64,000 bases of DNA from Eledone cirrhosa (taxonomy: Eukaryota): contig OZ024741.1 of NCBI GenBank assembly GCA_964016885.1, forward strand, positions 241,614,001-241,678,000, written 5' to 3'. Positions 54,795 through 64,000 of the stretch are shown here, piece by piece. Each line of letters starts with the position of its first letter. The first letter of the stretch is position 1. The translations under genes were made by a program, and so were the position numbers. A model generated the notes under the pieces. It had not been told where the DNA came from, ran no database searches, and saw only the letters and a program-made list of their open reading frames with translations.

Positions 54795-57700
54795 GGTTTA
54801 GCGTCCGTGTTCCACGCTTGCATGGGTTTGGACGGGGGTTTTCCCACTTGAGGCAAGAGTGATTGTCTTGCTTGCATAGGACTGTCTGGCGGGTTTTCTA
54901 CAGTTGGATGCCCTTCCTAACACCAACCACATTTACAGTGTGGGGCTGGGAGGTTTTTACCGTGTTGCCTACACGGCCACATTACAGCGTGGACTGTCTG
55001 GCGAATTTTCTACAGCTGGATGCCCTTCCTAACACCAACCACATTTACAGTGTGGGGCTGGGAGGTTTTTACCGTGTTGCCTACACGGCCACATTTACAG
55101 CGTGGACTGTGTGTTTTTTGTCGTGACACCTACACGACCTCATTTGTTTCGGCCTGGATGTTGTGGGACCAACATAACTTTACATTGAAAGGGGCGGTGT
55201 GGGTGGGGTGGAGGTGGTGGGACGGGGGTGTGTTTTGATAGAGATGCCTACTGACTGTAGTAGGTTTTTACTTTGTATTTAGGTAAGGCGGGTCTTCTCT
55301 ATTACTGAGTACCGCCAAAGGTCTCGGTCCAGTGACATTGTCTTGGAGAGGTGTAAGCGTGTGAGGTCGGAATTTATCAGCTCGTCCCATGTTTTTCTGG
55401 GTCTGCCTACTCCGTGGCTACCGCCTATCTTTATTGCCCTGCACTTTGTTATACAGCTGTCGTCTTTCATGCGCATCACGTGACCGTACCAACGTAGCCT
55501 TCTCTCGAGTAAACAACATCTGATCCCTCTTATTTCTAATTTTTTCCTTAGTTCGTTTATGCTTTGGCGTTCACGTATATTACTATTGCACATCCAGCGG
55601 AGCATGCAAGCTTCGTTCCTCTCTAGTCTGCGTATATCCTCTGCACACAATGCCCAGGTCTCACTGCCATGCAGCATTGCTGTTCGTATGCAGGCATCGT
55701 ATAACCTGCCTTTCATTTTTAGGGAGAACCCTCTAGCGGCTAATAGTGGTATAAGCTCTCTGAACTTTTTCCATCCAGTTCTGACTCTAGCTACTGTACT
55801 TTCAGAGCACCCTCCCCCACTGCTGATTTTGTCACCCAGATAACGGAAGCTGTCCACTATTTCTATAGAACCCTCTGCGCAGTTGAAGGAGCTAGTATTT
55901 GTGGGCACTTGCTGCTACTTATTGCACCAGAGCACCGGCCACATGTAAAATCTATGTTCTTAGTTAGCTTACCTGTGATCCCACTACATCTTTTATGCAC
56001 CCATACTTTGCATTTGGGACATAAAATGGAGTTTCTACCTACGCCTTTCCTGCACACTGAGCATGGCCATTTCCCAGATGGGACCGCCGCCTTATTTTCT
56101 TTCCTACAAACTAGAACTTTAGTCTTAGCCAGGTTAATTTTAAGGCCTTTTGATTCTAGGCCGTGCTTCCATGTTTGGAATTTCTTCTCTAGTTCGGTCA
56201 TTGATTCAGCTATGAGCGTTAGATCATCTGCGTATAGGAGTTCCCATGGGAAACCGGTCTTGAACTCCTCTGTTATAGCCTGAAGGGCAATAATAAATAG
56301 TAGGGGGCTAAGAACAGAGCCCTGATGGACACCAACTTTTACGCTAAACTCTTCACTATATTCGTTGTTAATTCTAACCTTACTGACTGTTTCTTTATAC
56401 ATGGCTTGTATAGCTCTCACAAGCCATTCGTCAACACCTAGTTTTCTAAGAGACCACCAGATAATGGAACGGGGGACTCTGTCGAAGGCTTTCTCCAAGT
56501 CGACGAAAGCTAAGTATAGGGGTTTACTTTTAGCTAGGTACTTCTCCTGTAGTTGTCGTACAATGAAAAGAGCGTCTGTGGTACTTTTGCCTGACACAAA
56601 CCCGAACTGCATTTCATCTAGATCAATTCTCTCTCTGATTAGTTGCGCTATTACTTTTTCCGTGACCTTCATGACCTGGTCGATTAATTTAATGCCTCTA
56701 TAGTTACTCCTATCTAGGGCATCTCCTTTTCCCTTATAGCAGTTAACGATGATGCTGCTACGCCAGTCCTTCGGAACAACCCCATTCTGTACGACTTGGT
56801 TAACTATCCGGGTGACCATGGTGTGTCCCACCGAACCAGATGCCTTCAGCATCTCAGCAACTATTTCCGAAGGCCCAGCCGCCTTACCCGTCTTCATATC
56901 TTTGATTGCCTTACTTATTATACTACCTTCAACTAACACTGCTGGTCCCTCTATTGGATCGATCTGGGGGCGACTGTCTTTCTCCCATTTGTTCTCCTCA
57001 TTTAGAAGCCTTTCGTAGTGACACTTCCAAGCTACCTTCTTATCAGCGTCGGTGATGGCAAGTATGCCATCATCGTTAAGTACACACTTCTCCCCGACAA
57101 TATCACGGTTTTCCTTGACACATTGCCTGGCAATCCTGAACACCTCACGTTTTTGGTCCTCACGTTGTAGAACATGCTTGAACTTTCTTTCCTCTGCTTC
57201 CCTTCTTGCGAAGTACACTTGTCTCCTAGCTTCCCTCCTGGCCACTTGATAGTCTTCTCTACTTCCCCCATCCCGCCATACTTTCCAAGCCTGCTTTTTG
57301 GCCTTAATTGACTCCTCCACCTTACTGTTCCACCACCATGTTACTCTCCTCCTACCTACAGGCCTGCTCCAGCCACAGACTTCGTCTGCCGCCGTCAGCA
57401 GGTTTGCTCTCAGGAATTCCCACTGTTCCTCTATATTATACGACTCTAATTGCTCTTCCTTACTGTCGAAAGCGTCAAATAATATGCTTTGAAATTTATT
57501 TCTGGCTATGGGGTCCTTTAGCTTCCATATTTTTCTCCTGAGGATAGTCCTCTTCCGCTGTCTAGTACGTCTCGTCCTGACTATGAGGTCGCTAATTATC
57601 AGTCTATGTTGGGAGGTGAATTCTTCATGGGGGTGGGATTTAGTGTTAACAACAGACACTCTGTCACGTCTTCTGGTAAGGATATAATCTACCTGGCTTT

Positions 57701-58298
57701 TATGTTCCCCCGATCTATAGGTGATCAAGTGATTGTCTCGTTTTTTGAAGTTAGTGTTACAGATAGTTAAGTTATTTGCGTCGCAGAATTCCAGGATTCT
57801 GGAGCCTTCCTCATTTCTAGTACCGAACCCATAGCCTCCATGGATTCCGTCATAGCCGTCACAATGTTGTCCAACGTGACCATTTAGGTCGCCTGCAGTA
57901 ACTATATAGTCACTGTCGGTTATTTGGGAGGTAGCGAGCATCAGTGTCTCGTAGAATCTGTCTTTTATAGCGCCGGGCAGTCCGGATTGGGGTGCGTACG
58001 CAGATATTACTGTCACCGTAGTTTTATTGAGGACAAGTCTTATTTTAATTATTCTGTCGTTCACTCTATTTACGTCTATTATCTTATCTGCCCACTTTTC
58101 TGCTACCATGATTCCTACCCCACCCCACCCATTGTCATTTCCCACCCAGAAAAGCTTATAGCATCGTTCTTTACCCACGATGAATCTAGCCGACCCTCCC
58201 CTCCACCTGGTCTCTTGAATACAACAAACATCGACCTCCTTACGTTCAAGCATTTCTACAACCTCGTTAGAGCGACCCTTTAAGGTGCCTACATTCAT
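54756..58298 (-). mobile_element. RTE-clade LINE, 5' UTR missing, near-intact ORF
   Basis: APE+RT ORF, ~490-bp 3' UTR ending in (GAT)n, embedded in (TA)n. Confidence 0.95.
55279..58298 (-). CDS. RTE ORF: AP endonuclease + reverse transcriptase + PHD finger, single 1-nt frameshift near 55899
   Basis: NVGTL, CIQETRW, GDLNGHVG, SQVDYIL, SQHRLI (APE); NYRGIKL, QFGF, AFVDLEKAFD, GVHQGSVLSPLLF, LLYADD, FRYLG (RT); RRLRWYGHVMRM, GRPRKTW (RTE C-terminus). Confidence 0.9.
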
Positions 58299-58304
58299 AT
58301 ATAT

Positions 58305-58469
58305 ACTGTAAATGTGGTTGGTGTTAGGAAGGGCATCCAGCTGTAGAAAACCCGCCAGATAGTCCTATGCAAGCAAGATAACCACTCTTGCCTCAAGTGG
58401 GAAAACCCCCGTCCAAACCCATGCAAGCGTGGAACACGGACGTTAAACGATGATGATGATGATGATGAT
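58305..58469 (+). mobile_element. Inverted 3' end of the same RTE family
   Basis: Near-identical reverse complement of ~54770-54938 including (GAT)n tail. Confidence 0.9.
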
Positions 58470-58736
58470 ATATATATATATATATTAGTAAAAGGAAAAG
58501 AAAATGCTGACCTATTTTTCCCAGTGAAAAATAGTTTAATTAGGACTAAGTATAAATTAGTAATAAGTATTGGTTAGTATTCAGTTTTAGTTTTAAGTTT
58601 TTACCGGTTGCACATTTCTAATGCTTTTCAAAAATAATTTTGAGATAGAGCGTTCATGATGTTTGCTCCTTTACTAATATATCACAACTCGTGTGTTACA
58701 CCTCTATTGTTTTTAAATATATATATATATATATAT

Positions 58737-59368
58737 ATAAGAGGGATTAGATGTTGTTTACTCGAGAGAAGGCTACGTTGGTATGGTCACGTGATACGCA
58801 TCAAAGACGACAGCTGTATAACAAAGTGTAGGGCAATAAAAATAGATGGTAGCCACGGAGTAGGCAGACCCAGAAAAACCTGGGACGACCTGATAAACTC
58901 CGACCTCACACACTTACACCTCTCCAAGACAATGTCACTGGACTGAGACCTTTGGCGGTACTCAGTAATAGAGAAGACCCGCCTTACCTATGTACAAAGT
59001 AAAACCTACTACAGTCAGTAGGCATCTCTAACAAAATACACCCCCACCCCATCCACACCGCCCCTTTCAATGTAAAGTTATGTTGGTGCCACAACATCCA
59101 GGCCGAAACAAATGAGATCGTGTAGGTGTCACGACAAAAAAACACACAGTCCACGCTGTAATGTGGCCGTGTAGGCAACACAGTAAAAACCTCCCAGTCC
59201 ACACTGTAAATGTGGTTGGTGTTAGGAAGAGCATCCAGCTGTAGAAAACCCGCCAGACAGTCCTATGCGAGCAAGACAATCACTCTTGCCTCAAGTGGGA
59301 AAACTCCCGTCCAAACCCATGCAAGCGTGGAACATGGACGTTAAATGATGATGATGATGATGATGATA
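58737..59368 (+). mobile_element. 5'-truncated RTE copy (ORF end + 3' UTR)
   Basis: IRGIRCCLLERRLRWYGHVIRIKDDSCITKC..., nearly identical to 55279-55535; (GAT)n tail; flanked by (TA)n. Confidence 0.92.
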
Positions 59369-59684
59369 TATATACATGTATGTACATAATAACTATTGTT
59401 AGATTTTATCATACTGATGAACATCATTTTCATGAGTATTAAATAATAGTGTTGGGAAAGTAGAAAAAGCCACTACTATGCAGATATAAATATAAGGAAG
59501 GTCTTTGCCTTGAAATATTAGGAATTATATATTAGAAAAACATTATTTTGTTTTGTTTTGTCATCATTTTTACCCCAGTTCCATCTTTATATTTCTATCC
59601 ACATTGTACAGCTTTCTTAACTCTTTAATATTTATTACATATCTCACAATATAAACTATACAATTTTGTTATCATGATCATTAT

Positions 59685-60066
59685 TATTTTATATCCTTTC
59701 TTCTATATTTGCAAGGGTTGAACAGGTCTTCTCTATTACTGTGTCACACCATTATTTGTGGTCCTTTGTCATCTCCTTTCTCATCTCTTTTGTTGTGTTC
59801 AGCCTCATAAGATAAGATTTCCTGGCTTCTTCCCACATTTTCCTAAGACTTTCTCTTCAGCAGGCTGTTTCCATTTCGAGTGCTCAGCTTTTCTTTATAA
59901 AACTGACAACTTCCATACACATAACATCTCAATACTTGTGCAGTATGCTCTCTTGAATATGGCATCTAATTCCTCACATGTGCAGCAGTTTTTGTCTTGG
60001 TTTATTGGTGCTCTGTTGTTCCTGCGCATTAACTTTACATCTAGAAAAGCCTGCATGGTTCATTTC
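59685..60066 (-). pseudogene. Ancient RTE ORF 3' fragment
   Basis: Minus strand ...QEQQSTNKPRQKL..GIRCHIQESILHKY*DVMCME...RKMWEE...WCDTVIEKT aligns to the RTE C-terminus. Confidence 0.7.
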
Positions 60067-60289
60067 TTGACATATAAAACAAAACACACAAGCACAAAAA
60101 TAAACACACACATACAAACACACACACATATAAATACACATACATACAATGACCCACACCTCACATATATACATACAATCCTACAAACATATACAATTAT
60201 TGACCTATGCATAAACACTACCATACACTCATACACATCTGCATACATACACATTCATATATATATATATATATATATATTCATACATG

Positions 60290-60694
60290 GGTGCTGCCAA
60301 CTCGTTTTCGAGTATGACCACTACTTTATATCCATGTAGGAGAACCCCTACTGAAGCACTGAACGAGTGTGACTTTTTAGTCCAGCTAGTGACTTGAAAA
60401 CTCTGGTACAAACACTACACTTGTGACAATTATTGACACATAGTGCGGTACCATGTGATGACAAGTGCAGAGAGATCTCCAGATATAAAGCAATGCCTGT
60501 GCCGTGAAACTTTTATAGTGAGCAAAGGCACTGCACAAAGCCAGTCCCACTCTCTTAACCAAGATGATATTTACTAAAAAGAAGAACAAGTCAACATCAT
60601 TGGATACCATCAGGGTTGCAGGTGTTATATCAGAGTTTTCCTTCTCCTAGAATTCTGCCTTGACAAAGGCTAAGGGGTCATCTCACCCGGTGAT

Positions 60695-60698
<4 letters not shown>
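60290..60698 (-). mobile_element. Dispersed repeat (same family as 42085-42330)
   Basis: Shared CCTTCTCCTAGAA..TGCCTTGACAAAGGCTA and GCCAGTCCCACTCTC motifs. Confidence 0.55.
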
Positions 60699-60759
<61 letters not shown>

Positions 60760-61308
60760 GTAAGTATGTATACGTACATACATATATGTATACATATGCA
60801 CAGTATATATATATATATATACATATAAGCACACATATATATATGTACGTATGGGTTTAGCAAACATTTATTATAATGCTCGGTTTGTTCGGTAAACCCA
60901 TACGTACATATATACGTACATTGTTGTAGTGCACCTGAGCACTTTACATAATAATTTCATTATTATTATATATATATATGTGTGCATGTATGTATATATA
61001 TATACATACTACTGTGCGTCTGTATACATATATGTATGTACGTATACATACTTACATTTAAGTATTAGCCGTACTAAGAGTGAGAAATGAAATTTCATTT
61101 TTTCCATTGATATATATATATATATATACACACTGACACACATACACACACACACACACATATATGTATATATATGTATATATAAATGTATAAAGATATG
61201 TGTGTATATATACATATATATGTGTGTGTGTTTGTTTGTGTGTGTGTTTGTGTGTGTTTGTGTGTTTGTTTGTGTGTGTGTTTGTGTGTGTGGGTGTGTG
61301 TGTGTGTT

Positions 61309-61385
<77 letters not shown>

Positions 61386-61536
61386 ATCACATTGTAAAGG
61401 AGATAAAGCTTAAAGGAAGAAGATAAAGTTTGTGTTCAGTGTAATACTTGATGTAGCTATGATGTAGGCTTGATAGACAAATAGACAGGTAAATAGATGG
61501 AGAGGTGGGGGGTGGGGAGACTGGCAGGTAGATAAG

Positions 61537-61567
<31 letters not shown>

Positions 61568-61568
61568 G

Positions 61569-61672
61569 GGAGAAAGTATGACCCCGACGGCAGAGCTCAA
61601 GCCGTTTCGATGGCTATTTCTGAACTAAAGTCGAAACGGCTTAAGCTCTGCCGTCGGGGTCATACTTTCTCC
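61569..61672. repeat. 42-bp-stem hairpin in (TA)n
   Basis: GGAGAAAGTATGACCCCGACGGCAGAGCTCAAGCCGTTTCGA pairs with TCGAAACGGCTTAAGCTCTGCCGTCGGGGTCATACTTTCTCC (one mismatch); 20-nt loop. Confidence 0.9.
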
Positions 61673-61980
61673 TATTACCCACTCTACTACTCTAAGTATT
61701 GAGTACTCTGGTGCGTTATGGTCCATCTGGTTCCTTACCACAACTCCTTCGTTATATATATATATATATTCATGTTTCCAAATGGAGCTACATATATTTG
61801 TATGTGTGTTTATGTACATATGTGTTTTAGCAGGAAAAACCGAAGTTAAATGAGGATGATGATGATAATACAGGTATATTAAAATATATATATATATAAA
61901 ATTCAAAGGGTATATATATATATATATATAATTAGACATAGTCACAGTTACATATATGAGTTTGGCAACCATTCACGGTT

Positions 61981-62021
<41 letters not shown>

Positions 62022-62077
62022 GTATAAAATATAAAATGTATAAAATATATATCTATAAAATATAAAATATAAAATTA

Positions 62078-62182
62078 TTTATAAAACTGTTTATATATTG
62101 TATTTTGTCTGATGAAGGCATACCATATTTTAATTTGGTATCCCTGAAATATGTATAATGAAATAAATATGGTTTTATAAAT
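62078..62182 (+). other. Degenerate minimal hammerhead-like motif
   Basis: CTGATGA (62109), stem II AGGCATACCA/TGGTATCCCT, GAAA TATG TA; outer arms TTTATAAAAC/GTTTTATAAA. Confidence 0.5.
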
Positions 62183-62355
62183 ATAGTTTCCATTTATTAA
62201 TATCGTATATATATATATATATATATATATATGAGTATAGACATAGAATATTCGAAAATATTCTGTATGTTTATAATAAACATTTTGAAGACCTAATCGC
62301 TATAGAATAGAATACGTCACGTATTACAATTAGATTCTCGATAAAAGCAAGGGAA

Positions 62356-62398
62356 GTAATCTACGCGTTTCATTCTTGTTAGAATTCATCAGGACTAC
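62356..62398 (-). ncRNA. Minimal type I hammerhead ribozyme (inverted copy)
   Basis: Reverse complement of GTAGTC-CTGATGA-ATTCT AACA AGAAT-GAAA-CGCG-TA-GATTAC. Confidence 0.88.
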
Positions 62399-62789
62399 AT
62401 ATCCAGTGCTTTTATCGAGAATGACACAGCTAGAGACTTATAGAATACTTAGCTGTGTACTGGAACTGGTTTGAAAGAGCGGTTGCCGGTCCGGCAGAAA
62501 TTAGAAATTGGAATAAATGCTCTGAAATAGCGATATATATGTGAGTATAGACATAGAATATTCGAAAATATTCTGTATGTTTATAATAAACATTTTGAAG
62601 ACCTAATCGCTATAGAATAGAATACGTCACGTATTACAATTAGATTCTCGATAAAAGCAAGGGAAGTAATCTACGCGTTTCATTCTTGTTAGAATTGACC
62701 GGCAACCGCTCTTTCAAACCAGTTCCAGTACACAGCTAAGTATTCTATAAGTCTCTAGCTGTGTCATTCTCGATAAAAGCACTGGATAT

Positions 62790-62832
62790 GTAGTCCTGAT
62801 GAATTCTAACAAGAATGAAACGCGTAGATTAC
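62790..62832 (+). ncRNA. Minimal type I hammerhead ribozyme
   Basis: Stem I GUAGUC/GAUUAC, CUGAUGA, stem II AUUCU/AGAAU, GAAA, palindromic ACGCGU stem III, GUA cleavage triplet (cut after 62826). Confidence 0.9.
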
Positions 62833-63099
62833 TTCCCTTGCTTTTATCGAGAATCTAATTGTAATACGTGACGTATTCTATTCTATAGCGATTAGGTCTT
62901 CAAAATGTTTATTATAAACATACAGAATATTTTCGAATATTCTATGTCTATACTCACATATATATCGCTATTTCAGAGCATTTATTCCAATTTCTAATTT
63001 CTGCCGGACCGGCAACCGCTCTTTCAAACCAGTTCCAGTACACAGCTAAGTATTCTATAAGTCTCTAGCTGTGTCATTCTCGATAAAAGCACTGGATAT

Positions 63100-63142
63100 G
63101 TAGTCCTGATGAATTCTAACAAGAATGAAACGCGTAGATTAC
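63100..63142 (+). ncRNA. Minimal type I hammerhead ribozyme
   Basis: Identical copy, +310 bp. Confidence 0.9.
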
Positions 63143-63409
63143 TTCCCTTGCTTTTATCGAGAATCTAATTGTAATACGTGACGTATTCTATTCTATAGCG
63201 ATTAGGTCTTCAAAATGTTTATTATAAACATACAGAATATTTTCGAATATTCTATGTCTATACTCACATATATATCGCTATTTCAGAGCATTTATTCCAA
63301 TTTCTAATTTCTGCCGGACCGGCAACCGCTCTTTCAAACCAGTTCCAGTACACAGCTAAGTATTCTATAAGTCTCTAGCTGTGTCATTCTCGATAAAAGC
63401 ACTGGATAT

Positions 63410-63452
63410 GTAGTCCTGATGAATTCTAACAAGAATGAAACGCGTAGATTAC
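63410..63452 (+). ncRNA. Minimal type I hammerhead ribozyme
   Basis: Identical copy, +620 bp. Confidence 0.9.
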
Positions 63453-63719
63453 TTCCCTTGCTTTTATCGAGAATCTAATTGTAATACGTGACGTATTCTA
63501 TTCTATAGCGATTAGGTCTTCAAAATGTTTATTATAAACATACAGAATATTTTCGAATATTCTATGTCTATACTCACATATATATCGCTATTTCAGAGCA
63601 TTTATTCCAATTTCTAATTTCTGCCGGACCGGCAACCGCTCTTTCAAACCAGTTCCAGTACACAGCTAAGTATTCTATAAGTCTCTAGCTGTGTCATTCT
63701 CGATAAAAGCACTGGATAT

Positions 63720-63762
63720 GTAGTCCTGATGAATTCTAACAAGAATGAAACGCGTAGATTAC
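63720..63762 (+). ncRNA. Minimal type I hammerhead ribozyme
   Basis: Identical copy, +930 bp. Confidence 0.9.
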
Positions 63763-64000
63763 TTCCCTTGCTTTTATCGAGAATCTAATTGTAATACGTG
63801 ACGTATTCTATTCTATAGCGATTAGGTCTTCAAAATGTTTATTATAAACATACAGAATATTTTCGAATATTCTATGTCTATACTCACATATATATCGCTA
63901 TTTCAGAGCATTTATTCCAATTTCTAATTTCTGCCGGACCGGCAACCGCTCTTTCAAACCAGTTCCAGTACACAGCTAAGTATTCTATAAGTCTCTAGCT

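Larger units (their letters stand above)
62231..64000. mobile_element. 310-bp hammerhead-bearing tandem element (retrozyme / Penelope pLTR-like): inverted part 62231-62696, direct part 62697-64000+
   Basis: Exact 310-bp period (GTGTCATTCT at 62761, 63071, 63381, 63691); ~1.5 reverse-complement monomers on the left; no ORF in the track. Confidence 0.9.

Noticed and set aside
55559-58283. Plus-strand ORFs within the LINE
   Set aside because: Antisense shadows of the RTE ORF.

Overview
Eukaryotic, highly repetitive DNA; the SINE, LINE and microsatellite make-up suggests a coleoid cephalopod such as Octopus (inference). About 1-41 kb is a chain of GT-rich or CA-rich mini/satellite arrays (42, 70, 100, 54, 31, 37, 34 and 14 bp units), and nearly all listed His/Thr/Val/Tyr-Ile ORFs there are repeat artefacts. 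The 42-bp array at 1-1290 may be a real minus-strand mucin-like exon. About 41-62 kb holds tRNA-derived SINEs, a full-length Buster-type hAT transposon (TIRs plus 8-bp TSD) inserted in an old RTE LINE, a nearly intact RTE LINE with a PHD finger inside its RT and an inverted copy of its own 3' end, and several fold-back elements. The most striking feature is at 62231-64000: apparently identical, non-coding 310-bp monomers, each carrying a complete minimal type I hammerhead ribozyme. They are arranged as an inverted segment followed by a tandem array, which fits a young retrozyme or Penelope-pLTR-like element predicted to self-cleave into 310-nt, possibly circular, RNAs. Decayed hammerhead-like folds of other families lie at 41.9, 44.3 and 62.1 kb.
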